64,000 nt of DNA, taken from positions 62,001-126,000 of the forward strand of contig NIVC01002157.1 in NCBI GenBank assembly GCA_002269645.1. The letters are read 5' to 3'. Positions 36,032 through 48,004 of the stretch are shown in pieces. The position numbers were made by a program, and so were the translations under genes. The stretch's first letter is position 1. The number at the start of each line of letters is the position of its first letter. The notes under the pieces are model-generated. The model had not been told where the DNA came from and ran no database searches. It saw only the letters and a program-made list of their open reading frames with translations. This DNA comes from Macrostomum lignano. Its lineage: Eukaryota.

Positions 36032-36223
36032 CAGCTGACTTATTTATTATCGGCTTTCTTTCTAATAATAGTAGTCCTTTATCATTGGCATGTAATTTCA
36101 ACAAATATGCACTGGCATTTAATGTTGGCGAAAATGTGCTCTGAGATTTTCCAGGCAAGCTACGATTATATGTTGCAAAAAATATTCGGATACCTTCCGG
36201 CCGCCTTGCAGCCAGATTAGAAG
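36032..36223 (-). CDS. Probable laccase exon 2 (SNLAARRPEGIRIFFATYNRS...INKSA), symmetric phase 1-1
   Basis: Open 192 nt between a TAG acceptor and a strong G|GTAAGT donor; three NxS sequons; no recognisable homology. Confidence 0.5.
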
Positions 36224-36244
36224 CTATTTATATTACGAATGTGA

Positions 36245-38020
36245 AGTTTTGGTCATGGATATTTTCGGTCATAGAGTTTTGGTCATAGAGAGTTTTGGTC
36301 GCAGAGAGTTTACAGTAAGTTAGGTCATGGAGATTTTCCGTCATACATGTAGAGAGTTTTGGTCATAGAGTTTCAGTCATAGAGAATTCCAGCCATAGTT
36401 TCAGTCACAAAGAGTTTCGGTCATAGGAAGTTTCGGTCATAAAGAGTTTCGGTCATAAAGAGTTTCGGTCATAGAGAGTTTCGGTCATAAAGAGTTTCGG
36501 TCATAGAGAGCTTCCGTCATAGAGAATTCCAGCCACAGTTTCAGTCATAGAGAGCTTCCGTCATAGAGAATTCCAGCCACAGTTTCAGTCATAGAGAGCT
36601 TCCGTCATAGAGAATTCCAGCCACAGTTTCAGTCATAGAGTTTCCGTCATAAAGAATTCCAGCCACAGTTTCAGTCATAGAGAGTTTCCGTCATAGAGAA
36701 TTCCAGCCACAGTTTCCGTCATAGAGAGTTTCCGTCATATAAAACTCCAGCCACAGTTTCAGTCATACAGAGTTTCCGTCATATAGAACTCCAGCCACAG
36801 TTTCCGTCATAGAGAGTTTCCGTCATAGAGAATTCCAGCCACAGTTTCCGTCATAGAGAGTTTCAGTCATAGAGAATTCCAGCCACAGTTTCAGTCATAG
36901 AGAGCTTCCGTCATAGAGAATTCCAGCCACAGTTTCAGTCATAGAGAGCTTCCGTCATAGAGAATTCCAGCCACAGTTTCATTCATAGAGAGCTTCCGTC
37001 ATAGAGAATTCCAGCCACAGTTTCAGTCATAGAGAGCTTCCGTCATAGAGAATTCCAGCCACAGTTTCAGTCATAGAGAGTTTCCGTCATAGAGAATTCC
37101 AGCCACAGTTTCCGTCATAGAGAGTTTCCGTCATAGAGAATTCCAGCCACAGTTTCAGTCATAGACAGTTTCAGTCATAGAGAATTCCAGCCACAGTTTC
37201 AGTCATAGAGAGTTTCCGTCATAGAGAATTCCAGCCACAGTTTCCGTCATAGAGAGTTTCCGTCATATAAAACTCCAGCCACAGTTTCAGTCATACAGAG
37301 TTTCCGTCATATAGAACTCCAGCCACAGTTTCCGTCATAGAGAGTTTCCGTCATAGAGAATTCCAGCCACAGTTTCCGTCATAGAGAGTTTCAGTCATAG
37401 AGAATTCCAGCCACAGTTTCCGTCATAGAGAGTTTTCGTCATAGAGAATTCCAGCCACAGTTTCCGTCATAGAGAGCTTCCATCATAGAGAATTCCAGCC
37501 ACAGTTTCAGTCATAGAGAGTTTCCGTCATAAAGAATTCCAGCCACAGTTTCAGTCATAGAGAGCTTCCATCATAGAGAATTCCAGCCACAGTTTCAGTC
37601 ATAGAGAGTTTCCGTCATAGCGAATTTCCGTCATAGAGAATTCCAGCCACAGTTTCAGTCATAGAGAGTTTCCGTCATAGAGAATTCCAGCCACAGTTTC
37701 AGTCATAGAGAGCTTCCGTCATAGAGAATTCCAGCCACAGTTTCCGTCATAGAGAGTTTCCGTCATAGAGAGTTTTCGTCATAGAGAATTTCCGTCATAG
37801 AGAATTCCAGCCACAGTTTCAGTCATAGACAGTTTCAGTCATAGAGAATTCCAGCCACAGTTTCCGTCATAGAGAGTTTCCGTCAGAGAGTTTCCGTCAT
37901 AGAGAATTTCCGTCATAGAGAATTCCAGCCACAGTTTCAGTCATAGAGAGTTTCCGTCATAGAGAATTCCAGCCACAGTTTCCGTCATAGAGAGTTTCCG
38001 TCATAGAGAGTTTCAGTCAT
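36245..38020. repeat. Compound minisatellite (GTCATAGAGAGTTTCC 16 bp alternating with GTCATAGAGAATTCCAGCCACAGTTTC)
   Basis: Direct reading; laccase intron 1. Confidence 0.95.
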
Positions 38021-38138
38021 GAAGGTTTGGTATCATAGACCTGTTTAGCCCTAGATATTTTCAGCCAACAAACGGTTGAGCTGTCAGTCTACTACAAAGC
38101 TAAATACGTATGCACAACAAGCATGAGAACTGTCTTAC

Positions 38139-38247
38139 CAAAGAAGTGAAACAAATCTTCTTCAAGATCTTCCGCCATGGCAGGCGTTGAACAAGAAGCA
38201 GCAGATAAAAGCAGCAACGTTAGAGCCATAGGATATCGCAGAATCAT
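38139..38247 (-). CDS. Laccase exon 1, signal peptide (MILRYPMALTLLLLSAASCSTPAMAEDLEEDLFHFF)
   Basis: ATG at 38247, hydrophobic core, G|GTAAGA donor phase 1 compatible with the downstream exons. Not in the ORF track. Confidence 0.75.
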
Positions 38248-38827
38248 ATTTTCCTTTAGATAGCTTTATTAAAAATTCGGTCAAATATTGAGTTCTGTAT
38301 TTCGAATTTCTCGCGTCAATTAAAGTGACTTCAGAAACTCCCGAACAGTCAGTTCAGATTTCCAAGACAGATTTTTTAAGTCAATCAACACAGTTGCTGT
38401 ATTTGTTATATAAGAGAATGTTCAGGCTGACAGGTTAAAGCGTTTCACCTTTGACCGAACCGACATTTAGAGGGCCCGTGTGTGGGTGCAATGTTGGTTA
38501 AATACAAGACTAATACCCACCCAAATACTCCCTATCTTCTAGGCAAGTGTATTGACATTCGGAAATGCAAATGCCTTTATAGGGCCCATATTTGCATGTG
38601 AAAATTAAAAAGGCGACTGACTGGCTTTAAAAATTTGCATTACATGTCCAACACAGAGACAGTAGGAGAGTTGGACGAAAGTCTAAACGTTTGGGCTGCT
38701 GTAAATGAAGGCAGCGTGCCCAGCAAGAACTGCTTGAAGGAATGAATGAATGGCCTATAGATAGAGATGGATATCAAGACTAAACTAGAGTGCTAACAGT
38801 CTTCTGTTTGGCAGCGAATCGATGCCT

Positions 38828-39745
38828 GTTTCTCCCTGTTTCTCTCTGTTTCCTTCTGTTTCCTTCTGTTTCTTTCTGTTTCCTTCTGTTTCTTTCTGTT
38901 TCCTTCTGTTTCTTTCTGTTTCCTTCTGTTTCCTTCTGTTTCTTTCTGTTTCCTTCTGTTTCTTTCTGTTTCTTTCTGTTTCCTTCTGTTTCCTTCTGTT
39001 TCTTTCTGTTTCCTTCTGTTTCTTTCTGTTTCCTTCTGTTTCTTTCTGTTTCCTTCTGTTTCTTTCTGTTTCCTTCTGTTTCTTTCTGTTTCTCTCTGTT
39101 TCCTTCTGTTTCCTTCTGTTTCTTTCTGTTTCCTTCTGTTTCTTTCTGTTTCCTTCTGTTTCTTTCTGTTTCTTTCTGTTTCCTTCTGTTTCCTTCTGTT
39201 TCTTTCTGTTTCCTTCTGTTTCTTTCTGTTTCTTTCTGTTTCCTTCTGTTTCTTTATGTTTCCTTCTGTTTCTTTCTGTTTCCTTCTGTTTCTTTCTGTT
39301 TCCTTCTGTTTCTTTATGTTTCCTTCTGTTTCTTTATGTTTCCTTCTGTTTCTTTCTGTTTCCTTCTGTTTCTTTCTGTTTCTTTCTGTTTCCTTCTGTT
39401 TCTTTATGTTTCCTTCTGTTTCTTTCTGTTTCCTTCTGTTTCTTTCTGTTTCCTTCTGTTTCTTTATGTTTCCTTCTGTTTCTTTATGTTTCCTTCTGTT
39501 TCTTTCTGTTTCCTTCTGTTTCTTTCTGTTTCTTTCTGTTTCCTTCTGTTTCTTTCTGTTTCCTTCTGTTTCTTTCTGTTTCCTTCTGTTTCTTTCTGTT
39601 TCCTTCTGTTTCTTTATGTTTCCTTCTGTTTCTTTATGTTTCCTTCTGTTTCTTTCTGTTTCCTTCTGTTTCTTTCTGTTTCTTTCTGTTTCCTTCTGTT
39701 TCTTTCTGTTTCCTTCTGTTTCTTTCTGTTTCCTTCTGTTTTTGC
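38828..39745. repeat. Pyrimidine-rich 10 bp repeat (TCYTTCTGTT)n
   Basis: Direct reading. Confidence 0.97.
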
Positions 39746-40424
39746 CTGTTTCTGTTTCTCTTTATATGTATCTGTTTCTTAAAAACTGTCTATTTCTGTT
39801 TTCCCGGTTTCTGCTTGTTTCTTTCATCTATGCTTCTTTCTGTCTCTGCCTGTTTCTGCCTGTTTCTCTTCGTCTGTTTACAATGTTCTCCCCTGAGGAA
39901 AACTTCCTGTTGCACAAAAATTAAAAAGAAACTGAAATAAAAAACAGTAAATACTCGTAAACACCTTCTTGCTGACGCAGCGCGATCGCTAAATCAGTAG
40001 TATATTGTGAATATTGTTATAGAAAATTCCAAATAGAAAGACAATACAAAGCGAATTCCGATTAAATGCAACAAATATCCGTTTAAAAAGTAAATACTTC
40101 AAGTACTCGCATAGCTTGACAACAAAAGAACAAGCAAAAGTGATTTATTTATTTTTAAAGAATACTTTTTTAGAAACAATCCCAATTAAAACGTAAATGG
40201 TGAAAGTTTCACTGCATGACTAGCTTATGCTAAACAGAAATCGCCGAATAAACAAATTGAAAATATAACATCCAGCGGACTAGACAGGTAAAAATGACAC
40301 TTTGATGTAGCTCGTAACTGTCACTCTGTTCCTGGCACTCTAGTTGGAGTATGCCACTCTGTTCCGGTCTCTCGTATTGCATCGTTCTTTGTCACTCCAT
40401 TCCCGTAACTCCATTCTTGTCACT

Positions 40425-40690
40425 CCATCGCTGTCACTCCATCCCCGTCACTCTATCCCCGTCACTCTATCCCCGTCACTCTATCCCCGTCACTCCATCC
40501 CCGTCACTCTATCCCCGTCACTCCATCCCCGTCACTCTATCCCCGTCACTCCATCCCCGTCACTCCATCCCCGTCACTCCATCCCCGTCACTCTATCCCG
40601 TCACTCCATCCCCGTCACTCCACCCCCGTCACTCCATCCCCGTCACTCCATCCCCGTCACTCTATCCCCGTCACTCCATCCCCGTCACTC
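40425..40690. repeat. Minisatellite, ~16 bp unit CCCCGTCACTCYAT
   Basis: Direct reading; begins at the TMX3 stop codon. Confidence 0.95.
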
Positions 40691-40691
40691 T

Positions 40692-40964
40692 TCATCGCAG
40701 TTTCTTCCTTTCCTGCCTGGCCTTCCGGCCCGGAAGCGCCATCGGCTCCAACGTCTCGCGGGTGTCGGTGCAGACGCCGACAAAGCACCGGCCAACGGCC
40801 GTCGCCACCGCGGCAGCCGGGGCCGCAGTCGTCAGGCTGTCGTCGCGCCACCCCTCCTCGTAGTCGTCGTCGATGCAGCAGATGAAGTAGCAGAGGCAGC
40901 AGATGAGGCAGCCGGGAACGCCGAATATCAGCAGGCTGAGCAGCGGCTGGCGAATCGCCAGCGA
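40692..40964 (-). CDS. TMX3: TMX3-like, exon 7 (TM helix PLLSLLIFGVPGCLICCLCYFICC, acidic tail, C-terminal KKLR ER-retrieval motif)
   Basis: Acceptor ACGCAG phase 0; P..L.FG.P motif as in TMX3; KKxx terminus; TGA at 40694-40692. Confidence 0.88.
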   Translation of the reverse strand, partial: SLAIRQPLLSLLIFGVPGCLICCLCYFICCIDDDYEEGWRDDSLTTAAPAAAVATAVGRCFVGVCTDTRETLEPMALPGRKARQERKKLR

Positions 40965-41094
40965 CTGCGTGGGCGGGGCGGGGTGAGGGCGGCGGGCCAC
41001 TGGCATTAGCGTACATAAGCCAGCTAGTTAGAAGCAGATTAACTCCGTGTCTCTGCGTAGGAAGTTATACGTACACCACACAAATTCACATTAA

Positions 41095-41625
41095 TGTACA
41101 CAATTGTACACAAATTTACACGAAGTTACACAACTTTACACCAATTTACACCAATGTACACCAATATACACCAATGTACACCAATGTACACCAATATACA
41201 CCAATTTACACCAATGTACACCAATATACATCAATATACACCAATATACACCAATATACACCAATATACACCAATATACACCAATGTGCACCAATATACA
41301 CCAATATACACCAATTTACACCAATGTACACCAATATACATCAATATACACCAATATACACCAATGTACACCAATATACACCAATGTACACCAATGTGCA
41401 CCAATATACACCAATGTACACCAATATACACCAATGTACACCAATGTATTGCAATACACCAATATACACCAATGTACACCAATGTGCACCAATATACACC
41501 AATGTACACCAATATAAACCAATGTACACCAATGTATTGCAATACACCAATATACACCAATGTACACCAATGTGCACCAATATACACCAATGTACACCAA
41601 TATAAACCAATGTACACCAATGTAC
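41095..41625. repeat. 10 bp minisatellite ACACCAATRT
   Basis: Direct reading. Confidence 0.95.
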
Positions 41626-41641
41626 AGGGATCAGCACGCAC

Positions 41642-42070
41642 CGCCACTCCCACAACGAGTCCGTAGACAAAGCGCCTTATGGACACCAGGAATCCGGCAA
41701 TGCTGTATGCGGGCAGCTGGTCATTCAGCGCCAGCAGCACGTGACTGCGCAACGAATTGACAGTCAGGCCGACCGCCGGCCGGTGGTAGTCCTGGCGCAG
41801 GTAGTAGACGCTGGTGTTGGGGTTCAGCACCAACAGGTTCGGGCTGGGCAGGCGGGTCATGGCCAGGCTGGTCAGGGCATGGTCAGAGTCGGTCCAGGCG
41901 AACTGCACTCGGTCGAGCTCGGCTTCTCTAGCCTCGGCCAGCTGCCGGCCCAGGCGCAGGAAGCGGAGCTCCTCAGCTGATGGCTGGCCATCATCGGCGG
42001 CGTTGCCAACCAGCATGATGACGAGCAGCTTGAAGCAGGGGCTGAGAGACTGGGAGAACTGGTCGCCAAC
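41642..42070 (-). CDS. TMX3: TMX3-like, exon 6 (inactive thioredoxin-like b' domain: VQFAWTD..PNLLVLN)
   Basis: Acceptor TTACAG and donor GTGCGT, both phase 0; 143 codons. Confidence 0.85.
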
Positions 42071-42089
42071 CTGTAATAATTTTGCATCA

Positions 42090-42360
42090 GGGCGCCAAAA
42101 TGAGTGAATACGGCGCTAAAATGAGTGGATGCAGCGCTAAAATGAGTGAATACGGCGCTAAAATGAGAGACTGCAACGCTAAAATGAGTGAATACGGCAC
42201 AAAAATGAGTGAATACGACGCTAAAATGAGTGAATGCAGCGCTAAAATGAGTGAATACGACGCTAAAATGAGTGAATTCGGCGCTAAAATGAATGCCTGA
42301 GGCGCCAAAATGAATGCATGGGGTGCCAAAATGAGTGCCTGCGGCGCTAAAATAAGTGCC
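42090..42360. repeat. Minisatellite, 21 bp unit GGCGCTAAAATGAGTGAATAC
   Basis: Direct reading. Confidence 0.9.
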
Positions 42361-42594
42361 ACAAAAGTTCTTTCTTTAATGCTATCTATTTTTACGAAAA
42401 TTTTTTAAATTATGATTAATTATCTACATAGTTTCGCAATAATTTGATTTTGAAGTTTTGGACTTCTGTAAAAACGAGTAGAAAGTCACTTTTAGCACAT
42501 GTAGTCTCTTTTGAGTTTAAAACATCTAACTACGGATGTTACCTACTTGACTGGGATCGCTGGTGTGTTTTCGAGTGAGCTGTGTACAATCTGG

Positions 42595-42845
42595 GATGAT
42601 GGATTCCCCCGCAGCCTATCTGCGTACAATCTGGGGTGGGGGATTCCCCCGCAGCCTATCTGCGTACAATCTGGGGTGGGGGTTTCCCCGCAGCCTATCT
42701 GCGTACAATCTGGGGTGGGGGTTTCCCCGCAGCCTATCTGCGTACAATCTGAGGTGGGGGGATTCCCCCTGAAGCCTGTCTGCGTACAATCTGGGGTGTG
42801 GGATTCCCACGCAGCCTATTTGCGTACAATCGGGGGTTTCCCCGC
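42595..42845. repeat. Minisatellite, ~40 bp unit TCCCCGCAGCCTATCTGCGTACAATCTGGGGTGGGGG..
   Basis: Direct reading; abuts the exon 5 donor. Confidence 0.9.
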
Positions 42846-42854
42846 AGCACGCAC

Positions 42855-43100
42855 CTTGGGGAAGGTGAGCAGACGCTCGTCAGCGGTCCAAACAAGCATT
42901 CGATCCTTTTCGAAGGGCCCGGGAAACACGGTGACGCGGCGCTCGCGGACCGACACAAGAAGGGCACTCTGGAAGAATGATGAGGCGCCGGGAAGCTGCA
43001 AGAGACTCTTGAGTCGAGCCAGCAGCTCTGCCTGATCGCCCTCGGCAATGTAGAAACTGTTTCGGCCACGAAATTCTTTAGCCAGATTGTCGTACAGCTT
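42855..43100 (-). CDS. TMX3: TMX3-like, exon 5 (KLYDNLAKEF...WTADERLLTFPK)
   Basis: Tandem AAGAAG acceptor (start 43100 or 43097), donor GTGCGT, phase 0. Confidence 0.8.
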
Positions 43101-43178
43101 CTTCAGGTGGCAGAGTGGGTTGTAAATTATAATTATGACCGTAATTATTAAAGACATGAAAAACTAACAAAATCTTAC

Positions 43179-43287
43179 AAATTCATCAGATTTGGCGCTG
43201 CCAACGAACAGGAAAGATGTGGCATTGATGGATTCGGCGAAGGCCTGCTCGAAGTGCGCCAGGCTGACCAAATCTCGGACTGGGGCG
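43179..43287 (-). CDS. TMX3: TMX3-like, exon 4 (APVRDL...FLFVGSAKSDEF)
   Basis: Acceptor CTCCAG phase 2, donor GTAAGA phase 0. Confidence 0.82.
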
Positions 43288-43369
43288 CTGGAGCGCAGGA
43301 ATTGGGGCCATGGGATTATTATAGTACACTATGTACTTTTAATTCCATAGCTAAGAATAGTTTCATAAT

Positions 43370-43810
43370 TCCCTTCTTCCTGATTACCCTCTTTCTGATT
43401 CCCCACTTCCGGATTCCCCTCTTCCTGATTCCCCTCTTTCTGATTCTCTTCTACCGGATTCTCCTCTTTCTGATTCTCCTCTTCCTGATTCTCCTCCTCC
43501 TGACCCCCTCTTTCTGATTTCCTTCTTCCGGATTCCCCTCTTCCCGATTCCCTTCTTCCGGATTCCCCTCTTTCTGATTCTCTTCTACTAGATTCCCTGC
43601 TGCCGGATTCCTCTCTTCCTGATTCCCCTCTTCTTGATTCCTCTCTTCCTTATTCCCCTCTTCTTGATTCCTCTCTTCCTGATTCCCCTCTTTCTGATTC
43701 CCCTCTTGTTTGATTCCCTTCTGCCGGAATCGCCTCTTTCTGATTTACCTCTTCTTGATTCTCTTCTTCTGGATTCCCCAATTCCAGATTCCGCAACTCC
43801 TGATTCCCTG
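43370..43810. repeat. Degenerate 15 bp repeat GATTCCCCTCTTCCT
   Basis: Direct reading. Confidence 0.9.
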
Positions 43811-43882
43811 ATTCCGCAACTTTCCAATACCTCTTTTCAAATGATACTCTTCGGAATTCTCTATTGAGCAGCCCCTGCTCAC

Positions 43883-43963
43883 CCGGCCAGAAGCTCGGCG
43901 AACCTGACGAAATCATCGGCAGTCCGATCTCCCGCGTGCACCTGCTTGGTGCTGCCACGAACG
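43883..43963 (-). CDS. TMX3: TMX3-like, exon 3 (VRGSTKQVHAGDRTADDFVRFAELLAG)
   Basis: Acceptor ATTCAG and donor GTGAGC, phase 2-2; G.RT.DD...F thioredoxin C-terminal motif. Confidence 0.85.
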
Positions 43964-44076
43964 CTGAATCGAGAGATTTATGAATTCAAAGACGATCAGC
44001 CTCATCTCATCCATCCACTCTCTGCATGCCAACATCCACTCTCACCCCTATACCTAACCCATCACCAGTGGCTCAC

Positions 44077-44240
44077 AACAGCACAGTCGGATAGGAGGCC
44101 ACGGAGAAGGCGGTGGCAGCCGAGCGGCTTCGGGTTGCATCGATTCGAACCGTCCGGATGCCGCGCCGACCAAGGCGTTCGCCTGCGGCCACAAAGTCGG
44201 CCTGGACCTCCTGGCAGTGGCCGCACCAGGGTGCGTGGAA
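44077..44240 (-). CDS. TMX3: TMX3-like, exon 2 (FHAPWCGHC active site...YPTV)
   Basis: CGHC redox motif and cis-Pro YPT; acceptor CCGCCAG phase 0, donor GTGAGC phase 2. Confidence 0.93.
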
Positions 44241-44261
44241 CTGGCGGATGGGGGGCATTGG

Positions 44262-44809
44262 GGCGGAGAGAATGGGGTGGGACTACTGGGGGCGGAGAGA
44301 ATGGGGTGAGGGGACACTGGAGGCGGAGTGAATGGGGTGAGGGGACACTGGAGGCGGATGGAATGGGTTGAGTGGACAATGGGGGCGGATGCAATGGGGT
44401 GGGGACACTGGAGGCGGATGGAATGGGGTGAGTGGACAATGGGGGCGGATGCAATGGGGTGGGGACACTGGAGGCGGATGGAATGGGGTGAGTGGACAAT
44501 GGGGGCGGAGAGAATGGGTTGGGGGACACTGGAGGCGGATGGAATGGGGTGAGTGGACAATGGGGGCGGAGAGAATGGGTTGGGGGACACTGGGGCGGAT
44601 GGAATGGGGTTGAGTGGACACTGGGGCGGATGGAATGGGATGAGGGGACACTGGAGGCGGATGGAATAGGGTGAGGGGACACTGGAGGCGGATGGAATTG
44701 GATGAGGGGACACACTGGGGCGGATGCAATGGGGTGGGGGACACTGGAGGCGGATGGAATGGGATGAGGGGACACTGGGGCGGATGGAATGGGGTTGAGG
44801 GGACACTGG
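44262..44809. repeat. G-rich ~31 bp minisatellite GGGGACACTGGAGGCGGATGGAATGGGGTGA (first block)
   Basis: Direct reading; same unit as 45393-45690. Confidence 0.93.
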
Positions 44810-45392
44810 TGAAGTGATCTTAATTTAAGCATGTTATGCCCAATGTTATTTTTTAGTCTAATGCGAACTTCAGAAGGTTTTTCTATCAGGAAAGTACAGC
44901 ACATGCTTGTGCGCCAGTAAAGATCCTATTGCGTGAAGCGAACACCAATGAAATGCGTTATAGAAATCATATATATACTAGCGTTCAGTGAGAATGAAGC
45001 CTCTCTCCAGTTTTTTCCCGGTTCTCGGCTCTCCGCCTCTTTGCCTCCTCAACTGCTCCGCTAGCTTGCCCCAACAATCGGGCCTGAACTCTAATATCCC
45101 GATTTAACAGAGATAAATCCGGACAAACGTCAATTTGTGCAACAACATCGATAAGTAGCCTGTGGCTCCATTTTCACTGAATTGCTTAACAAATTTGCGT
45201 AATTGCGTGATCAATATCCTATTAGGAATTGCTACTAACATTGATTAGTAATAAACATCTTGTTGAAGGTTAGAGATCGAGAGAAACAAATCGAACCTCC
45301 GACTTATTTGATTCAACAGAAACATCAACGATCATACGAGTAGTCATCGTCAGAGGGGCACACCCCCGCAACACATTATTCTAAAACATTTG

Positions 45393-45690
45393 ACTGGGGC
45401 GGATGGAATGGGATGAGGGGACACTGGAGGCGGATGGAATGGGGTGAGGGGACACTGGAGGCGGATAGAATGGGATGAGGGGACACTGGGGCGGATGGAA
45501 TGGGGTGAGGGGACACTGGAGGCGGATGGAATGGGGTGAGGGGACACTGGGGCGGATGGAATGGGGTGAGGGGACACTGGAGGCGGATGGAATGGGATGA
45601 GGGGACACACTGGGGCGGATGCAATGGGGTGGGGGACACTGGAGGCGGATGGAATGGGATGAGGGGACACTGGGGCGGATGGAATGGGGT
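45393..45690. repeat. G-rich ~31 bp minisatellite (second block, same family and orientation)
   Basis: Direct reading. Confidence 0.93.
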
Positions 45691-45723
45691 GTGTATGCCC
45701 CATAGTGCATATGTATCACTCAC

Positions 45724-45918
45724 GAGCACCAGATAGGGTGTGTCTGGATCTCTCAGATAGACAAAATCATCCCCAGCGTCGATTACTGACTGCGGGTGTG
45801 CAGCCTTGCTGAGCAGCTGATGCGCAGTCGGGGCCACGGTGGTGGCTGCTGTTCGCTGCTCCATGAATAGCAGAAGCAGCAGAAATCCTTGAGAAAACCC
45901 TGAATAAAAGTTGAGCAT
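45724..45918 (-). CDS. TMX3: TMX3-like, exon 1 (signal peptide MLNFYSGFSQGFLLLLLF..., PYLVL)
   Basis: ATG at 45918; donor GTGAGT phase 0 gives YLVL|FHAPWCGHC; total CDS 1497 nt = 498 aa. Confidence 0.8.
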
Positions 45919-45989
45919 TTTTGTTTCGAATATTTTAATCTGGGAGACTGTATGAAGTGACGTGCCGATGCAAATTATCTTAATTGAGA

Positions 45990-47335
45990 GTGCCGTTATC
46001 AGATTTGAGAGTGCCAATATCAGATTTGAGAGTGCCGATATCAGATTTGAGAGTGCCAATATCAGATTTGAGAGTGCCAATATCAGATTTGAGAGTGCCG
46101 ATATCAGATTTGGGAGTTCCAATATCTGAATCGGGAGTGCCAATATCTGAATCGGGAGTGCCAATATCAGATTTGAGAGTGCCGATATCAGATTTGAGAG
46201 TGCCGATATCAGATTTGGGAGTGCCGATATCAGATTTGAGAGTGCCGATATCAGATTTGGGAGTTCCAATATCTGAATCGGGAGTGCCAATATCTGAATC
46301 GGGAGTGCCGATATCAGATTTGGGAGTTCCAATATCAGATTTGAGAGTGCCGATATCAGATTTGAAAGTGCAAATATCAGATTTGAGAGTGCCGATATCA
46401 GAATCGAGAGTGCCAATATCTGAATCGGGAGTGCCAATATCAGATTTGGGAGTGCCAATATCAGATTTGGGAGTGCCGATATCAGAATCGGGAGTGCCAA
46501 TATCTGAATCGGGAGTGCCAATATCTGAATCGGGAGTGCCAATATCAGATTTGGGAGTGCCAATATCTGAATTGGGAGTGCCAATATCAGATTTGGGAGT
46601 GCCGATATCAGAATCGGGAGTGCCAATATCTGAATCTGGAGTGCCAATATCTGAATCTGAAGTGCCAATATCAGATTTGGGAGTGCCAACCAATATCTGA
46701 ATCGGGAGTGCCAATATCAGATTTGGGAGTGCCGATATCAGAATCGGGAGTGCCAATATCTGAATCGGAAGTGCCAATATCTGAATCGGGAGTGCCAATA
46801 TCAGATTTGGGAGTGCCAATATCTGAATCGGGTGTGCCAATATCAGATTTGGGAGTGCCGATATCAGAATCGGGAGTGCCAATATCTGAATCTGGAGTGC
46901 CAATATCTGAATCTGGAGTACCAATATCAAATTTGGGAGTGCCAATATCTGAATCGGGAGTGCCAATATCAGATTTGGGAGTGCCAATATCTGAATCGGG
47001 AGTGCCAATATCAGATTTGGGAGTGCCAATATCTGAATCGGGAGTGCCAATATCAGAATAGCTAGTGCCAATATCAGATTTGGGAGTGCCAATATCTGAA
47101 TCGGGAGTGCCAATATCAGATTTTGGAGTGCCGATATCAGAATCGGGAGTGCCAATATCTGAATCTGGAGTGCCAATATCTGAATCTGGAGTGCCAATAT
47201 CTGAATCGGGAGTGCCAATATCAGATTTGGGAGTGCCAATATCTGAATCGGGAGTGCCAATATCAGAATAGCTAGTGCCAATATCAGATTTAAGAGTGCC
47301 AATATCAGATTTTGGGAGTGCCAATAAATATCTGA
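45990..47335. repeat. Minisatellite, 21 bp unit GGGAGTGCCAATATC(AGATTT/TGAATC)
   Basis: Direct reading. Confidence 0.97.
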
Positions 47336-48004
47336 ATCGCTAATCAAATGTCGCAAGTTATTTTAGCGCACAAAACTATATCAATAGTAGTAGCTTAGCA
47401 CAAGCTGCACATCAAATTGCTAACTGCTTTGCTAATGCATGTCTATAAAATAATTATATGCGCCTACATGTATGCGAGTATTTGCGTGTCTGTACTACTA
47501 CAAGTAGTAATATAGTTAAGAATGTGCACGAATGCAACTGTTATACGCACTTATCCGTATAATACACAAACGGGACAACATTAAAGTACGTTTTAGCAAA
47601 CTTGAAGATTTAAAAAAATCCGGATTAACAAAATTCTAATTTAAACGAATCTACTGAATTTTTCAATTCGGATAGCTTACAGGCCAGGACAATCGCAGCT
47701 GTTTGACATCTGCACTGCATGCTACCCGGAAGTTCGTATTCTTATTGTAATGTAGCTAATCGATTTTTTCTCAATTAAATATCTGTTTAGAAATGGCAAA
47801 CCTTTAGCACAGAAATAGCATAGATTTATGAAATGCCGGTGCTAATCCTCTGAAAATAAAATTCGAAAAAATAAGATTAGCAATTATACGTAGATTATAC
47901 TTCAAGTATTGGTAAAAATAAATTAATATGAATAGCTCGCAATTGTAGTTGTAGCCAAATAGACTTAGGAATCAAGATTCCCGTGTAAAAGACATTGAGA
48001 TATG

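Noticed and set aside
38790-39940. Hydrophobic 220-370 aa Phe/Leu/Ser/Cys membrane-protein-like ORFs
   Set aside because: 10 bp pyrimidine repeat translation
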